In this document: piece after piece, positions 44,774 through 53,676 of the stretch | How the letters are laid out: every line of letters starts with the position of its first letter | Position numbering within the stretch: position 1 is the stretch's first letter | NCBI GenBank assembly: GCA_046727175.1 | Contig: JBKPCD010000144.1 | Location: forward strand, 8,384 to 72,383 | Direction: 5' to 3' | DNA: 64,000 bases | DNA from: Acidobacteriota bacterium | Lineage (GTDB): Bacteria > Acidobacteriota > Vicinamibacteria > Vicinamibacterales > 2-12-FULL-66-21 | Translations under genes and position numbers: made by a program | The notes under the pieces: model-generated | The model's input: only the letters and a program-made list of their open reading frames with translations | What the model was told of the DNA's origin: nothing | Databases searched by the model: none

Positions 44774-47509
44774 GTGAAGCGCCCCCTTGTCCTGGGCGTC
44801 CTCCTGGGCGCGACGATCGTCGCATCGACGATTCAGCCTCGTGGGCCGCTCGAGAAACTCCCCGACGGCGTTCTCGTGTCGGTCGCCGGCGGTTTCCTTC
44901 AAATACAGGTCAAATCCGACGCGATGGTCCGCGTGCTCTTCTCGAAAGAGCGCAACCCTCGCGTGGACAGGTTGGTCGTCGTCGGTCCTGGTCGTTCCGC
45001 GGCTGCGGCCGACCTGAATCCGTTTCAGCGCGCACCTGTCGCATCGCACAGCACATCCGCCACTCCCAAGTGGTCTCTGAGCAGCACAGCGACCGCGGCG
45101 ACGCTCACGACGGCAAAGCTGAAAGTGAGCGTCGATCTCTCGGACGGCGCAGTGACCTTTGCCGACACTGCCGACAAGATCATCCTCGCGGAAACACCCG
45201 GCGCGCACCGGATGACGCCTGCGACCGTGCAGGGTGAGCAGGCCTACCACGTCCAGCAGATGTGGCGGAGCGATCCCGACGAATCACTCTACGGCCTCGG
45301 GCAACGTCAGGAAGGAAAACTCGACGTCAAGGGGTACGACTTCGATCTGTGGCAGCGCAACATGGTTGTCGTCATGCCCTTCCTCGTCTCGAGTCGCGGC
45401 TACGGGATTCTGTGGGACAACACGTCGTTCACGAAGTTCGGCGACATCCGGCCGTTCGAGCCAGTTCCGGGATTCCAGTTTTCACCCGCAGCAGCGGCCG
45501 CGACCGGCGGAATCGTCGGCCCTCTCGACGTGCCAGTCACGGGCAACTACCAGTTCCGGACGTACTCGAACGGCACGGTCGAGGTGTCGATCGATGGCAG
45601 AACCAGGATCAAGCACTGGAAACAGAACTGGGCGGCGGAATACGACCAGTTCACGGTCCACCTCGAGGCAGGCAAGCGGTACTCACTGGCGGTTACAGTG
45701 AGTTCGCCCTCGGATTTCCGCTTCGAGTGGAAGACACCGCCACCGACTTCGGACACGTCCTTCTGGTCGGAAGTTGGCGAAGCGATCGACTACTACTTCG
45801 TTTACGGGCCCGAACCGGATCAAGTCGTCGCGGGTTATCGCGATTTGACCGGGCAAGCATCGCTGCTCCCGCAGTGGGCCTACGGCTTCTGGCAATCGAA
45901 GAACAAGTACAACACGCAGGATGAAGTCCTGACGACGCTCGCCGAGTTCAGGCGGCGCCAGATTCCGATCGACAACATCGTCCAGGACTGGCAGTACTGG
46001 AAGGCGGACGCGTGGGGCACGCACGAGTTCGATCCGGCGCGCTTTCCGGATCCCGCCGCGATGATTGAAGCCATTCACGATCAGCACGCGCGTTTCATGA
46101 TCTCGGTCTGGGGCAAGTTCTATCCCGACACCGAGAATGCGAAGGCGCTCGCCGCGATCAACGGCTTGTACACGATCACGCTGAACGAACACACGCGCGA
46201 CTGGCTGAACTACCCGTACGCCTTCTACGACGCGTTCAATCCGGCCGCGCGGCGCATGTTCTGGGATCAAGTGAACAAGGCGCTGTTCACCAAAGGCGTG
46301 GACGCATGGTGGATGGATGCGACCGAGCCCGATCTCGTCCAGCCCTCGCCGCCAACGCTGGAGTCGCTTCGTCACAATATCGGCACGACGGCGATCGGCA
46401 CCGCGTCGCGCGTCATGAGCGCGTACCCGCTCATGAACAGTGAGGCCGTGTACGACGGCCAGCGCAGCGTTACCCCGAATCAGCGCGTGTTCATCCTGAC
46501 GCGCTCGGGCTTCCCCGGCATCCAGCGGTATGCGACTGTCACGTGGTCCGGCGATATCACGTCCGAGTGGACGACGCTGCGCAAGCAGATCACAGCAGGA
46601 CTTGGCTTCTCGATTGCGGGCGATCCGTACTGGACCAGTGATACGGGCGGCTACACCATGCAGCCTCGATTCGCGAAAGCGAAGGACGGCGAGGCGCTCG
46701 AGGAGTGGCGGGAACTGAACGCGCGCTGGTTCCAGTTCAGCACATTCTGCCCGATACTGCGCGTGCACGGAACCGATCGCCCGCGTGAAGCGTGGAACAT
46801 CGGCGATGAGAGCACGCCCGTCTACCGGTCCGAGCTGGCGCATCACCGCCTTCGCTACGCGCTCTTCCCCTACCTCTATTCCCTGGCCGGCGCCGTCACG
46901 CACGACGGTTACACGATCATGCGGCCGCTCGTGATGGACTTCCGCGGCGACACGAAGGCGCGAGCCGTCGACGATCAGTTCATGTTCGGATCTGTCTTCC
47001 TCGTGAACCCCGTGACCGAGTACCTCGCGCGCGGCCGTCCGGTCTACCTGCCGGAAGGCACGGCGTGGTACGACTTCTGGACTGGAACCCGCTTCACCGG
47101 CGGGCAGACGATCGACGCCGAGGCGCCATACGATCGGATCCCGCTGTTCGTGCGAGCCGGGTCGATCGTGCCATTCGGACCAGATCAGCAGTACATCGGC
47201 GAGAAGAACGCGTCTGCGCTGACGCTGTACGTCTACACGGGCGCAAACGGCCGGTTCTCGCTGTATGAAGATGATGGCGTCACCTACGGCTACGAGTCGA
47301 GTCAGTTCTCGCGCATTCCGTTCGTGTGGGACGAAGCGACGAAAACACTTATGATCGAGCGACGTGCTGGTTCGTTTCCCGGCATGATCGCCGACCGGAC
47401 GTTCAACGTCGTTCTTGTTTCTCCGGATCGACCCGTGGCTTATTCGGCCTCGCCGCAGGTCACCAGGTCAGTCCCCTACCGCGGGCAGCCCGTCCGTGTA
47501 GGTTTTTAG
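44774..47509 (+). CDS. Glycoside hydrolase family 31 (alpha-xylosidase/alpha-glucosidase type), secreted
   Basis: 911 aa with a GTG start and a signal peptide. KYNTQDEVLTTLAEFRRRQIPIDNIVQDWQYW, VDAWWMDATEPD, TRSGFPGIQRYATVTWSGD are typical GH31 catalytic-domain motifs. Confidence 0.9.
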   Translation: MKRPLVLGVLLGATIVASTIQPRGPLEKLPDGVLVSVAGGFLQIQVKSDAMVRVLFSKERNPRVDRLVVVGPGRSAAAADLNPFQRAPVASHSTSATPKWSLSSTATAATLTTAKLKVSVDLSDGAVTFADTADKIILAETPGAHRMTPATVQGEQAYHVQQMWRSDPDESLYGLGQRQEGKLDVKGYDFDLWQRNMVVVMPFLVSSRGYGILWDNTSFTKFGDIRPFEPVPGFQFSPAAAAATGGIVGPLDVPVTGNYQFRTYSNGTVEVSIDGRTRIKHWKQNWAAEYDQFTVHLEAGKRYSLAVTVSSPSDFRFEWKTPPPTSDTSFWSEVGEAIDYYFVYGPEPDQVVAGYRDLTGQASLLPQWAYGFWQSKNKYNTQDEVLTTLAEFRRRQIPIDNIVQDWQYWKADAWGTHEFDPARFPDPAAMIEAIHDQHARFMISVWGKFYPDTENAKALAAINGLYTITLNEHTRDWLNYPYAFYDAFNPAARRMFWDQVNKALFTKGVDAWWMDATEPDLVQPSPPTLESLRHNIGTTAIGTASRVMSAYPLMNSEAVYDGQRSVTPNQRVFILTRSGFPGIQRYATVTWSGDITSEWTTLRKQITAGLGFSIAGDPYWTSDTGGYTMQPRFAKAKDGEALEEWRELNARWFQFSTFCPILRVHGTDRPREAWNIGDESTPVYRSELAHHRLRYALFPYLYSLAGAVTHDGYTIMRPLVMDFRGDTKARAVDDQFMFGSVFLVNPVTEYLARGRPVYLPEGTAWYDFWTGTRFTGGQTIDAEAPYDRIPLFVRAGSIVPFGPDQQYIGEKNASALTLYVYTGANGRFSLYEDDGVTYGYESSQFSRIPFVWDEATKTLMIERRAGSFPGMIADRTFNVVLVSPDRPVAYSASPQVTRSVPYRGQPVRVGF

Positions 47510-47521
47510 CGACCCTGTCCT

Positions 47522-48613
47522 ATGACGCTGATCGAGACAACGGGAACCGTGACGCCCGACGTCTCCGCCACAGGCGACATGTCCTTCGCGGAGCGGCGGC
47601 GAACAGCCGATCGCATCTTCAAGGGTGCGCTGATGTTCAACGCCGCCCTGACGGTGCTCTGGCTGTTCGCACTGGTCACGCGGCGCGATGTGTTCTTCTT
47701 CGCGCACTACGAACTCGATCGCGCCGCCCTTGGGCGTGTCGGCGGCGGCATCCTCTTCTTCTACGTCATCTGGGGCTTCATCTGGTACGGCGTGAAGACG
47801 CTGCTCCTGAAATACTGGGTCGGGTTCTCGAAGGAAGAGCGCCGCCAGGCATTTTCCTCCCGCATGGATGAACCCTTCGACGTCTCGGCGTTCACCGCGC
47901 GACACTCCGAGCGCCGTATCCGCATCGCCGACATGATTGGCCGGCGCGGACGCTTCATCACGCTGGCAATGGCGGGCTTCTTCTACTTGTACGCGCGCGT
48001 GTCGGCGGAACAGTCCCCGGCTTTCGCGACGTTCTTCCTCCAGGACAATCTCTTCGACGCCGTCGCCACGAGCTGGATCTTCCTGGCGTTCTACTACCTG
48101 AACGGCTTTCTCGCGGCGGCGTTCTACGGACCGCAGTCGCGCGTCATGGACGGCGTCCTCGCGCGCGCGAATTGCCTGCTCATCACGACATTGTGGACGG
48201 CCTTCAAGTTCGTGATGGTGCCGCTCGGCGCAAGGCTGGCGGCCGTGTTTCCGCCTGACGCGTTCGCTCCGGTTTTCGCCCTGATCTGGGGCTCGTATAT
48301 CGCGTCGGACGCGCTGTCCGAAGTCGGCGGCGCGCTCTTCGGCAAACAGAAGATTCGCGTGCGCGGCGTGGGTGACGTGAACCGTAAATCGATCGGCGGC
48401 ACGGTCTCCGGTTTCGTCGGATCGCTCGTGCTCTGCCTGGCCGTCGTTCTGTCGCGCGGCCTTCCGGCGTCCTGGATCGTTCTCGCCGTCATCATCTCGA
48501 TCTCGAATACGCTTCTCGAGCTGTTCTCGCCGCGCGGCACCGACGACCTGGTCATGGCGACGGGCAACGCGGTGATTTGCCTGGCGTTCGGGCTCGTCAT
48601 GTACGGATCGTGA
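47522..48613 (+). CDS. Polytopic membrane protein of the CdsA/dolichol-kinase (CTP_transf_1-like) superfamily
   Basis: Multiple TM helices. The C-terminal ASDALSEVGGALFGKQKIRV..NRKSIGGTVSGFVGSLV..ELFSPRGTDDL resembles cytidylyltransferase/polyprenol-kinase motifs. It starts 12 nt after the GH31 stop. Confidence 0.5.
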   Translation: MTLIETTGTVTPDVSATGDMSFAERRRTADRIFKGALMFNAALTVLWLFALVTRRDVFFFAHYELDRAALGRVGGGILFFYVIWGFIWYGVKTLLLKYWVGFSKEERRQAFSSRMDEPFDVSAFTARHSERRIRIADMIGRRGRFITLAMAGFFYLYARVSAEQSPAFATFFLQDNLFDAVATSWIFLAFYYLNGFLAAAFYGPQSRVMDGVLARANCLLITTLWTAFKFVMVPLGARLAAVFPPDAFAPVFALIWGSYIASDALSEVGGALFGKQKIRVRGVGDVNRKSIGGTVSGFVGSLVLCLAVVLSRGLPASWIVLAVIISISNTLLELFSPRGTDDLVMATGNAVICLAFGLVMYGS

Positions 48614-49971
48614 GAGCCGTTCCGCTCTTCTTGCTCGTCGCTTTCGTTGTCGCGTCGTCCAGCGGCCGAACGTCTCCTCCGGCCGGAGTTCCGGCGCGAG
48701 CGATCCACGCCACGGAAGATTCGGGAACTCGTTTCAACGCGTTCACTACACCTTTTGAGACCGCTTCCATTGACAGCGACGACTGGCCGCAGTTCCGCGG
48801 GCCAGACGGCCAGGGCCATTCGGCCGCACGCGATCTTCCGGTGGAATGGAGTGAATCGCACAACATCGCGTGGAAGGTCCCGGTCCCCGGCCTCGGGTGG
48901 TCGTCTCCCGTCGTCGGGGGCGGGCGGGTGTGGCTGACGACGGCAACTGGCGACCGCGATGTTTCGTTGCGCCTGTTGGCTTACGAGATCGACAGCGGCC
49001 GCGAGCTCCTGAACGTCGAAGTGTTCCGGGTTCGAGGCGCCGAGGCCATCAATCCGAGGAACAGCCATGCATCGCCAACGCCGCTCCTCGAGGGTGACCG
49101 CGTCTACGTGCATTTCGGCGCGCTGGGGACGGCTGCGCTGACGACAGCCGGCGAAATCGTCTGGAAGGCGAGGTTCCCTTACACGTCACAACACGGCGCC
49201 GGCGGGTCGCCCGTGCTCGTGGGCGACCTGCTCGTCCTCAGCTGCGACGGCGCAGATGCCGCGTTCGTCATCGCCGTCGACAAGCGCACCGGAAACACGC
49301 GGTGGAAGACGGCACGACGGTATCCCTGGGACCAGGCCTATTCGACGCCGCTCGTGATTCGGGTCGGCGAACGCGATCAGATCGTCAGCGTGGGCGCCTA
49401 TCGAGCCGCGGCGTACGAGCCGGAATCGGGCAAGGAGATCTGGCGCGTTGGATATGCCGACGGGTTCTCGAACGTCCCTCGCCCGATCTACGGTCACGGT
49501 CTCGTGTACATCGCGACCGGATTTCAACAGCCCCTGCTCCTCGCTGTTCGCCCCGACGGCTCAGGCGACATCACGAAATCGCACGTCGCATGGACGCTCC
49601 GGCGCGCGGCGCCGCTGACGCCCTCGCCGCTTCTCGCTGGTGACGAGCTCTACATCGTCAACGATGCCGGCATCGCGTCGTGTCTCGACGCACGGTCAGG
49701 CGACGTGCACTGGCAACAGCGGCTCGGCGGAACGTACTCGGCGTCGCCGACGTTTGCCGACGGCCGAATCTACTTCCTCTCCGAGCAGGGGGCCGCGACG
49801 GTCATCGCACCCGGTCGGGAGTTTCGCAAGATCGCGACGAACGCGCTGGAGGGCGCCGCGCTTGCCTCACCCGCCGTGTCGGGCCACTCCCTGTTCGTCC
49901 GAAGCGATCGTCATCTCTATCGAATCACGGCGAGCAACGTCCGGCTGGACGAGACCTTCCGACATCGTTAG
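48610..49971 (+). CDS. Secreted PQQ-like (BamB-type) beta-propeller repeat protein
   Basis: GTG start overlaps the upstream TGA (GTGA). Signal VRAVPLFLLVAFVVASSSG. WPQFRGPDGQG and repeated propeller blades. Confidence 0.75.
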   Translation: MRAVPLFLLVAFVVASSSGRTSPPAGVPARAIHATEDSGTRFNAFTTPFETASIDSDDWPQFRGPDGQGHSAARDLPVEWSESHNIAWKVPVPGLGWSSPVVGGGRVWLTTATGDRDVSLRLLAYEIDSGRELLNVEVFRVRGAEAINPRNSHASPTPLLEGDRVYVHFGALGTAALTTAGEIVWKARFPYTSQHGAGGSPVLVGDLLVLSCDGADAAFVIAVDKRTGNTRWKTARRYPWDQAYSTPLVIRVGERDQIVSVGAYRAAAYEPESGKEIWRVGYADGFSNVPRPIYGHGLVYIATGFQQPLLLAVRPDGSGDITKSHVAWTLRRAAPLTPSPLLAGDELYIVNDAGIASCLDARSGDVHWQQRLGGTYSASPTFADGRIYFLSEQGAATVIAPGREFRKIATNALEGAALASPAVSGHSLFVRSDRHLYRITASNVRLDETFRHR

Positions 49972-49983
49972 GATGTTCGCTCA

Positions 49984-50101
49984 CAGGATGCTGAAAACGC
50001 ATTCTGAATGGCAGAGGGTAAATGGAAAATGGAAAAAACCTGAGCACTTTGCCATCTCCCATTTGCCATTTTCCATCAGGCCGGTTCTCTTTCAGTGGCC
50101 T
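49984..50101. repeat. Three-hairpin modular intergenic element, copy 2 (near-identical to 21835-21945)
   Basis: CAGGATGCTGAAAACGCATTCTG + AATGGCAGAGGGTAAATGGAAAATGGAAAAAACCTGAGCACTTTGCCATCTCCCATTTGCCATTTTCCATC + AGGCCGGTTCTCTTTCAGTGGCCT. A 37-nt exact match to copy 1: TTTGCCATCTCCCATTTGCCATTTTCCATCAGGCCGG. Confidence 0.9.
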
Positions 50102-50125
50102 GCTAATCAACAGTGAGCGTGACCG

Positions 50126-50935
50126 TTGGAACGACGAACGTTTCTCACATCGACACTCGGCGCGGGACTGATGGCAACCGCGAGCGCCGCGGGCGCATCC
50201 GGCCAGGGCGGCACCAAACCCCCGGCCGCGCCCGAGTTCTACGTCTGGCGACAGTACATCCTGCGCACCGGAACGCAGCCGCGTCGGCTGGCAGAGTTTC
50301 TTCAGAACGCCGCCATCCCCGCGCTCAATCGTCTCGGGCACAAGCCGGTCGGCGTGTTCGAGGTGTTCGCCGGCCTGGCCACGCCTGGTGTGTTCGTGCT
50401 GACACCATTCGCGTCGCTCGAGAGCCTTGCAACCATCGAAAGCGAGATCGATCGCGATCAGGAGTACATTCGCGCTGCCGACGCGTATCTCACCGCACCG
50501 GCGACGGATCCGGTGTACGTCCGCCAGGTACTGTCACTGCTGGCAGCGTTCCCCAACGTGCCGCGCGTCGAAGTTCCGTCCGCAACCGCTACGAAGAGTC
50601 CCCGGCTGTTCGAGCTGCGGACCTACGAGAGCCACAACGAACGGGCGCACCGCGCGAAGGTGCGGATGTTCACGGAAATGGGGGAAGTGGATATTTTCCG
50701 CCGCTGTGGCCTGACGCCAGTCTTCTTCTCGCGCACGCTCGTGGGGCCGCGCATGCCAAGCCTCGTGTACATGCTCGTGCACGAAAACATGGCCGCACGC
50801 GAGAAGAGCTGGGACGCGTTCCGCAACGATCCCGACTGGAAGAAGCTGCCGGCGACGCCTGGCTACAGCGACGCCGAGATCGTCAGCAATATCACCACTG
50901 TCTTTCTTCGACCCACCGCCTATTCTCAAATCTGA
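50126..50935 (+). CDS. TAT-exported NIPSNAP-family protein
   Basis: TTG is the first possible start (an in-frame stop lies 6 nt upstream). MERRTFLTSTLGAGLMATASAAGA. Two NIPSNAP-like halves (FYVWRQYIL.., LFELRTYESHNERAHRAKVRMF). Confidence 0.75.
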   Translation: MERRTFLTSTLGAGLMATASAAGASGQGGTKPPAAPEFYVWRQYILRTGTQPRRLAEFLQNAAIPALNRLGHKPVGVFEVFAGLATPGVFVLTPFASLESLATIESEIDRDQEYIRAADAYLTAPATDPVYVRQVLSLLAAFPNVPRVEVPSATATKSPRLFELRTYESHNERAHRAKVRMFTEMGEVDIFRRCGLTPVFFSRTLVGPRMPSLVYMLVHENMAAREKSWDAFRNDPDWKKLPATPGYSDAEIVSNITTVFLRPTAYSQI

Positions 50936-50938
50936 TCT

Positions 50939-52048
50939 ATGCGACGACGAGACTTTCTCGCAACCGCGACCGCCGCGCTGACGCTTCCGCTTACGAAACT
51001 CACGAGTGCGTCATCGGAGCGGCATCTGCTCTACATCGCCGAGCCGGGCATCCGTAATTACGTGCGATACGGCGGCGTCGGCGTCCTCGTCTACGACATC
51101 GGCAAGAACTACGAGTTCGTCAAACGAATCCCCACCTGGGACGTTCCCGCCCACCAGGATCCGGAAAACGTCAAAGGTGTTGCAGCCAGCGCAAAGACGC
51201 GGCGGCTCTACGTGAGCACGATCAGACGGCTGGGCTGTATCGACCTGATGACCGAGAAGATGGTCTGGGACAAACCGTTCGAGTACGGCTGCGATCGCCT
51301 CGCCATCTCTCCCGATGGAAAACTTCTCTACGTTCCCTCGCTCGAAGGCCCCCACTGGAACGTCGTCGACGCCACGACCGGCGACACAGTGACGAAGATC
51401 GTGACCAACTCGGGTGCGCACAACACGGTCTACGGTCTCGACGGAAAGAACGCGTACCTCGCTGGTCTCCGATCGCCGCTGCTCTCGGTCGCAGACACGA
51501 AGACCCACACGGTCGTGAAGACAATCGGACCCTTCGCCAACTTCATACGTCCGTTCACGATCAACGCGGCGCAGACACTCTGCTACGTCAACGTCAACGA
51601 GCTGCTTGGCTTCGAGGTGGGCGACCTGAGAACCGGTGCGAAGCTGCAGCGCGTCGAAGTGCAGGGCTACCAGCAGGGGCCGGTCGACCGTCACGGATGC
51701 CCCAGCCACGGCATCGGTCTGACGCCGGATGAAAGCGAGCTGTGGCTCTGCGACGGCCACAACAAGGCGGTGCACGTGTTCGACAACACGGTCATGCCGC
51801 CAAAACAGATGACGACGATCCAGGTCCGCGATCAGCCCGGATGGATCACGTTCAGCATCGATGGCAAGCACGCGTATCCATCGACCGGCGAGGTGTTCGA
51901 TACGCGGACGAAAAAGCTGATCGCCGCGCTCAAAGACGAAACCGGACGCGAGATCGGCAGTGAGAAGCTGCTCGAGATCGTCTTCGACGGCGCGAAGCCC
52001 ATTCGGGCTGGCGATCAGTTCGGGGTCGGGCTGAAACGAACTACTTGA
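50939..52048 (+). CDS. TAT-exported beta-propeller protein (YVTN/lactonase-like)
   Basis: MRRRDFLATATAALTLPL. Repeated ISPDGKLLYVPS / LTPDESELWLCD / FSIDGKHAYPS blades. It starts 3 nt after the NIPSNAP stop. Confidence 0.7.
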   Translation: MRRRDFLATATAALTLPLTKLTSASSERHLLYIAEPGIRNYVRYGGVGVLVYDIGKNYEFVKRIPTWDVPAHQDPENVKGVAASAKTRRLYVSTIRRLGCIDLMTEKMVWDKPFEYGCDRLAISPDGKLLYVPSLEGPHWNVVDATTGDTVTKIVTNSGAHNTVYGLDGKNAYLAGLRSPLLSVADTKTHTVVKTIGPFANFIRPFTINAAQTLCYVNVNELLGFEVGDLRTGAKLQRVEVQGYQQGPVDRHGCPSHGIGLTPDESELWLCDGHNKAVHVFDNTVMPPKQMTTIQVRDQPGWITFSIDGKHAYPSTGEVFDTRTKKLIAALKDETGREIGSEKLLEIVFDGAKPIRAGDQFGVGLKRTT

Positions 52049-52057
52049 GCGTCGCCG

Positions 52058-52110
52058 GTAGCTTGGTGGGCTCGGTGGCTCGGTAGTTCGGTGGCTCGGT
52101 AGCTCGCTTT
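52058..52110. repeat. Tandem GGCTCGGT(A/G)G-type units
   Basis: GGTAGCTTGGTGGGCTCGGTGGCTCGGTAGTTCGGTGGCTCGGTAGCTCG. This is the reverse complement of the unit at 12878-12901. Confidence 0.85.
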
Positions 52111-52154
52111 CGTGCCGGGATTCGGGGTTTGTGGCTCGGGAACAGCCCGCTTTG

Positions 52155-52360
52155 ATCCGCGGACATCTGCGAAAATCCGCGTCTCGTACGAACTCTTCAG
52201 ATCCGCGTCAATCCGCGAGAATCCGCGTCTCGTCGGTAGGTTTATCCGCGGACATCCGCGAAAATCCGCGTCTCGTGTGAAGGTCCTATCCGCGGACGTT
52301 CGCGGAAATCCGCGTCTCGTCGGAGGTCTTCTGCTCCGCCTCCATCCGCGTAAATCCGCG
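52155..52360. repeat. Array of 14 ATCCGCG heptamers in five clusters with strict 10-bp internal spacing
   Basis: Heptamers (two degenerate) start at 52155/65/75, 52201/11/21, 52244/54/64, 52288/98/308 and 52344/54. The cluster consensus is ATCCGCGGACATCCGCGAAAATCCGCGTCTCGT. Clusters are spaced 43-56 nt apart. The array spans the stop codon of the DAACS gene. Confidence 0.9.
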
Positions 52361-53587
52361 TCTCAGCCCGACGAGCGCCGCCAGTGCCATATCCGCCGTA
52401 ACGTTGGCCGTCGTGCGAAACGCGTTCGGAATCGGATCGACGGCCAGCAGCATCCCGATTGATTCCGCGGGAAGACCGGCGGCCATCATGACCGGCAGCA
52501 CGACGTAGACCGATCCGCTGGGCACGCCGCCCACCGTAAAACTGGCGAGCACGGCGACGAGCACCGTCTGCACCAGCCGCGGCGCGTCGAGCGGCACGCC
52601 GTACAGCCGGGCGACGAAGCAGACAACGGTCAGGAACCAGATCGGCGACGCGTACTTGAACATCGCGACGGCCAGCGGCAGCACGACCCCGCTCACCGCG
52701 GACGGCACCCGAAGCACGGTTCCCGCGCCCTCGAGCAGGGCCGGCAGCGAGGCGAGCGAGGAATGCGTGCTGAACGCCATCACCTGCGCGGGCGCGGCCG
52801 CTCGCGCGAAGTCGCGCGCCCTGCAACATCCTGCAAGACCCACGAGCGGATACAGCGCACTCGTAAACACGATCTGCGCGACGGATGCCGTGACCACGTA
52901 GAACAGGATCGCGCTCACAATCGAGACGCCGAGCTGCAGCATCATGCCCAGCGCCAGCGCGAACACTCCGATCGGCGCAGCGGCGACGACCCACGACAGG
53001 ACGATCGTCATCGTGGCGTCGACGGCAGCGAAGAAGCGGACGATGGGCTCCCGCCGGTCGACGGCGAGGCGTCCGAGCGCGAGGCTGAAGACGATCGTGA
53101 AGACGAGCAGCGGCAGCATCGCGCCATCGGCTGCGGCTTTCAGCGCGTTGGTCGGAATCAGGCTCGTAATCCAGCTCTCGAACGACGGGTTAGCCGTCGC
53201 CGGTGTCGCCGTGCCTGCGGACCTGGCCCGAAGCGTTTCGGTGACCGCTGGATCGACCGGCATGCGAGCGAACACGGAAGGCATCACGGCCCCGCTTATT
53301 GCGCCCGGGATGAGAAGGAGGGCGATCATCAGCGCGGCCGCGCGGACTCCTGCGCGCCGCACGAGGTCCGTGTTCCCCCCGCTCGCGAGCACGATGATCA
53401 CTTTCGAGACGACGAGCGGGACGATCGTCATCAGGATGGCGTTGATCCACAAGGTGCCGGTGATCCCGACGATCGATTCGACGAACGTGCGTGGCGGGTT
53501 CGGCAGGGTCGTCATGCCGGCGCCGACGATGACCCCAGCGACGAGCGCAGCGAGCGCCTGCGTGCCGACACTGCGTGTGCTCCGCAT
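52286..53587 (-). CDS. Dicarboxylate/amino acid:cation symporter (DAACS/SDF family)
   Basis: Start at MRSTRSVGTQALAALVAGVIVGAG. SDF-type motif AAGLPAESIGMLLAVDPIPNAFRTTANVTADMA. The last ~25 codons are encoded by the ATCCGCG repeat array. Confidence 0.85.
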   Translation of the reverse strand: MRSTRSVGTQALAALVAGVIVGAGMTTLPNPPRTFVESIVGITGTLWINAILMTIVPLVVSKVIIVLASGGNTDLVRRAGVRAAALMIALLLIPGAISGAVMPSVFARMPVDPAVTETLRARSAGTATPATANPSFESWITSLIPTNALKAAADGAMLPLLVFTIVFSLALGRLAVDRREPIVRFFAAVDATMTIVLSWVVAAAPIGVFALALGMMLQLGVSIVSAILFYVVTASVAQIVFTSALYPLVGLAGCCRARDFARAAAPAQVMAFSTHSSLASLPALLEGAGTVLRVPSAVSGVVLPLAVAMFKYASPIWFLTVVCFVARLYGVPLDAPRLVQTVLVAVLASFTVGGVPSGSVYVVLPVMMAAGLPAESIGMLLAVDPIPNAFRTTANVTADMALAALVGLRRGFTRMEAEQKTSDETRISANVRG

Positions 53588-53652
53588 CGCGCGCGAGTGT
53601 ATCAGCACCTCAGATACTGCGCAGGCGGAAATTCCCCGCCGGCCGCCACTCA

Positions 53653-53676
53653 CAGGAGATCAGGAGGTCAGGAGAT
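53653..53676. repeat. CAGGAGAT-unit run
   Basis: CAGGAGATCAGGAGGTCAGGAGAT lies between the GNAT stop and the DAACS start. The same unit family occurs at 22990-23058, 39478-39502 and 12620-12678. Confidence 0.8.

Noticed and set aside
52155-52360. The ATCCGCG array as a CRISPR array.
   Set aside because: The 33-nt units are separated by only 10-23 nt, the units are internally repetitive, no cas genes or leader are present, and part of the array lies inside a CDS.
52112-52462. Track ORF encoding repeated IRGHPRKSASR-like segments.
   Set aside because: It is a translation artefact of the ATCCGCG DNA repeat. It overlaps the 3' end of the DAACS gene on the opposite strand.
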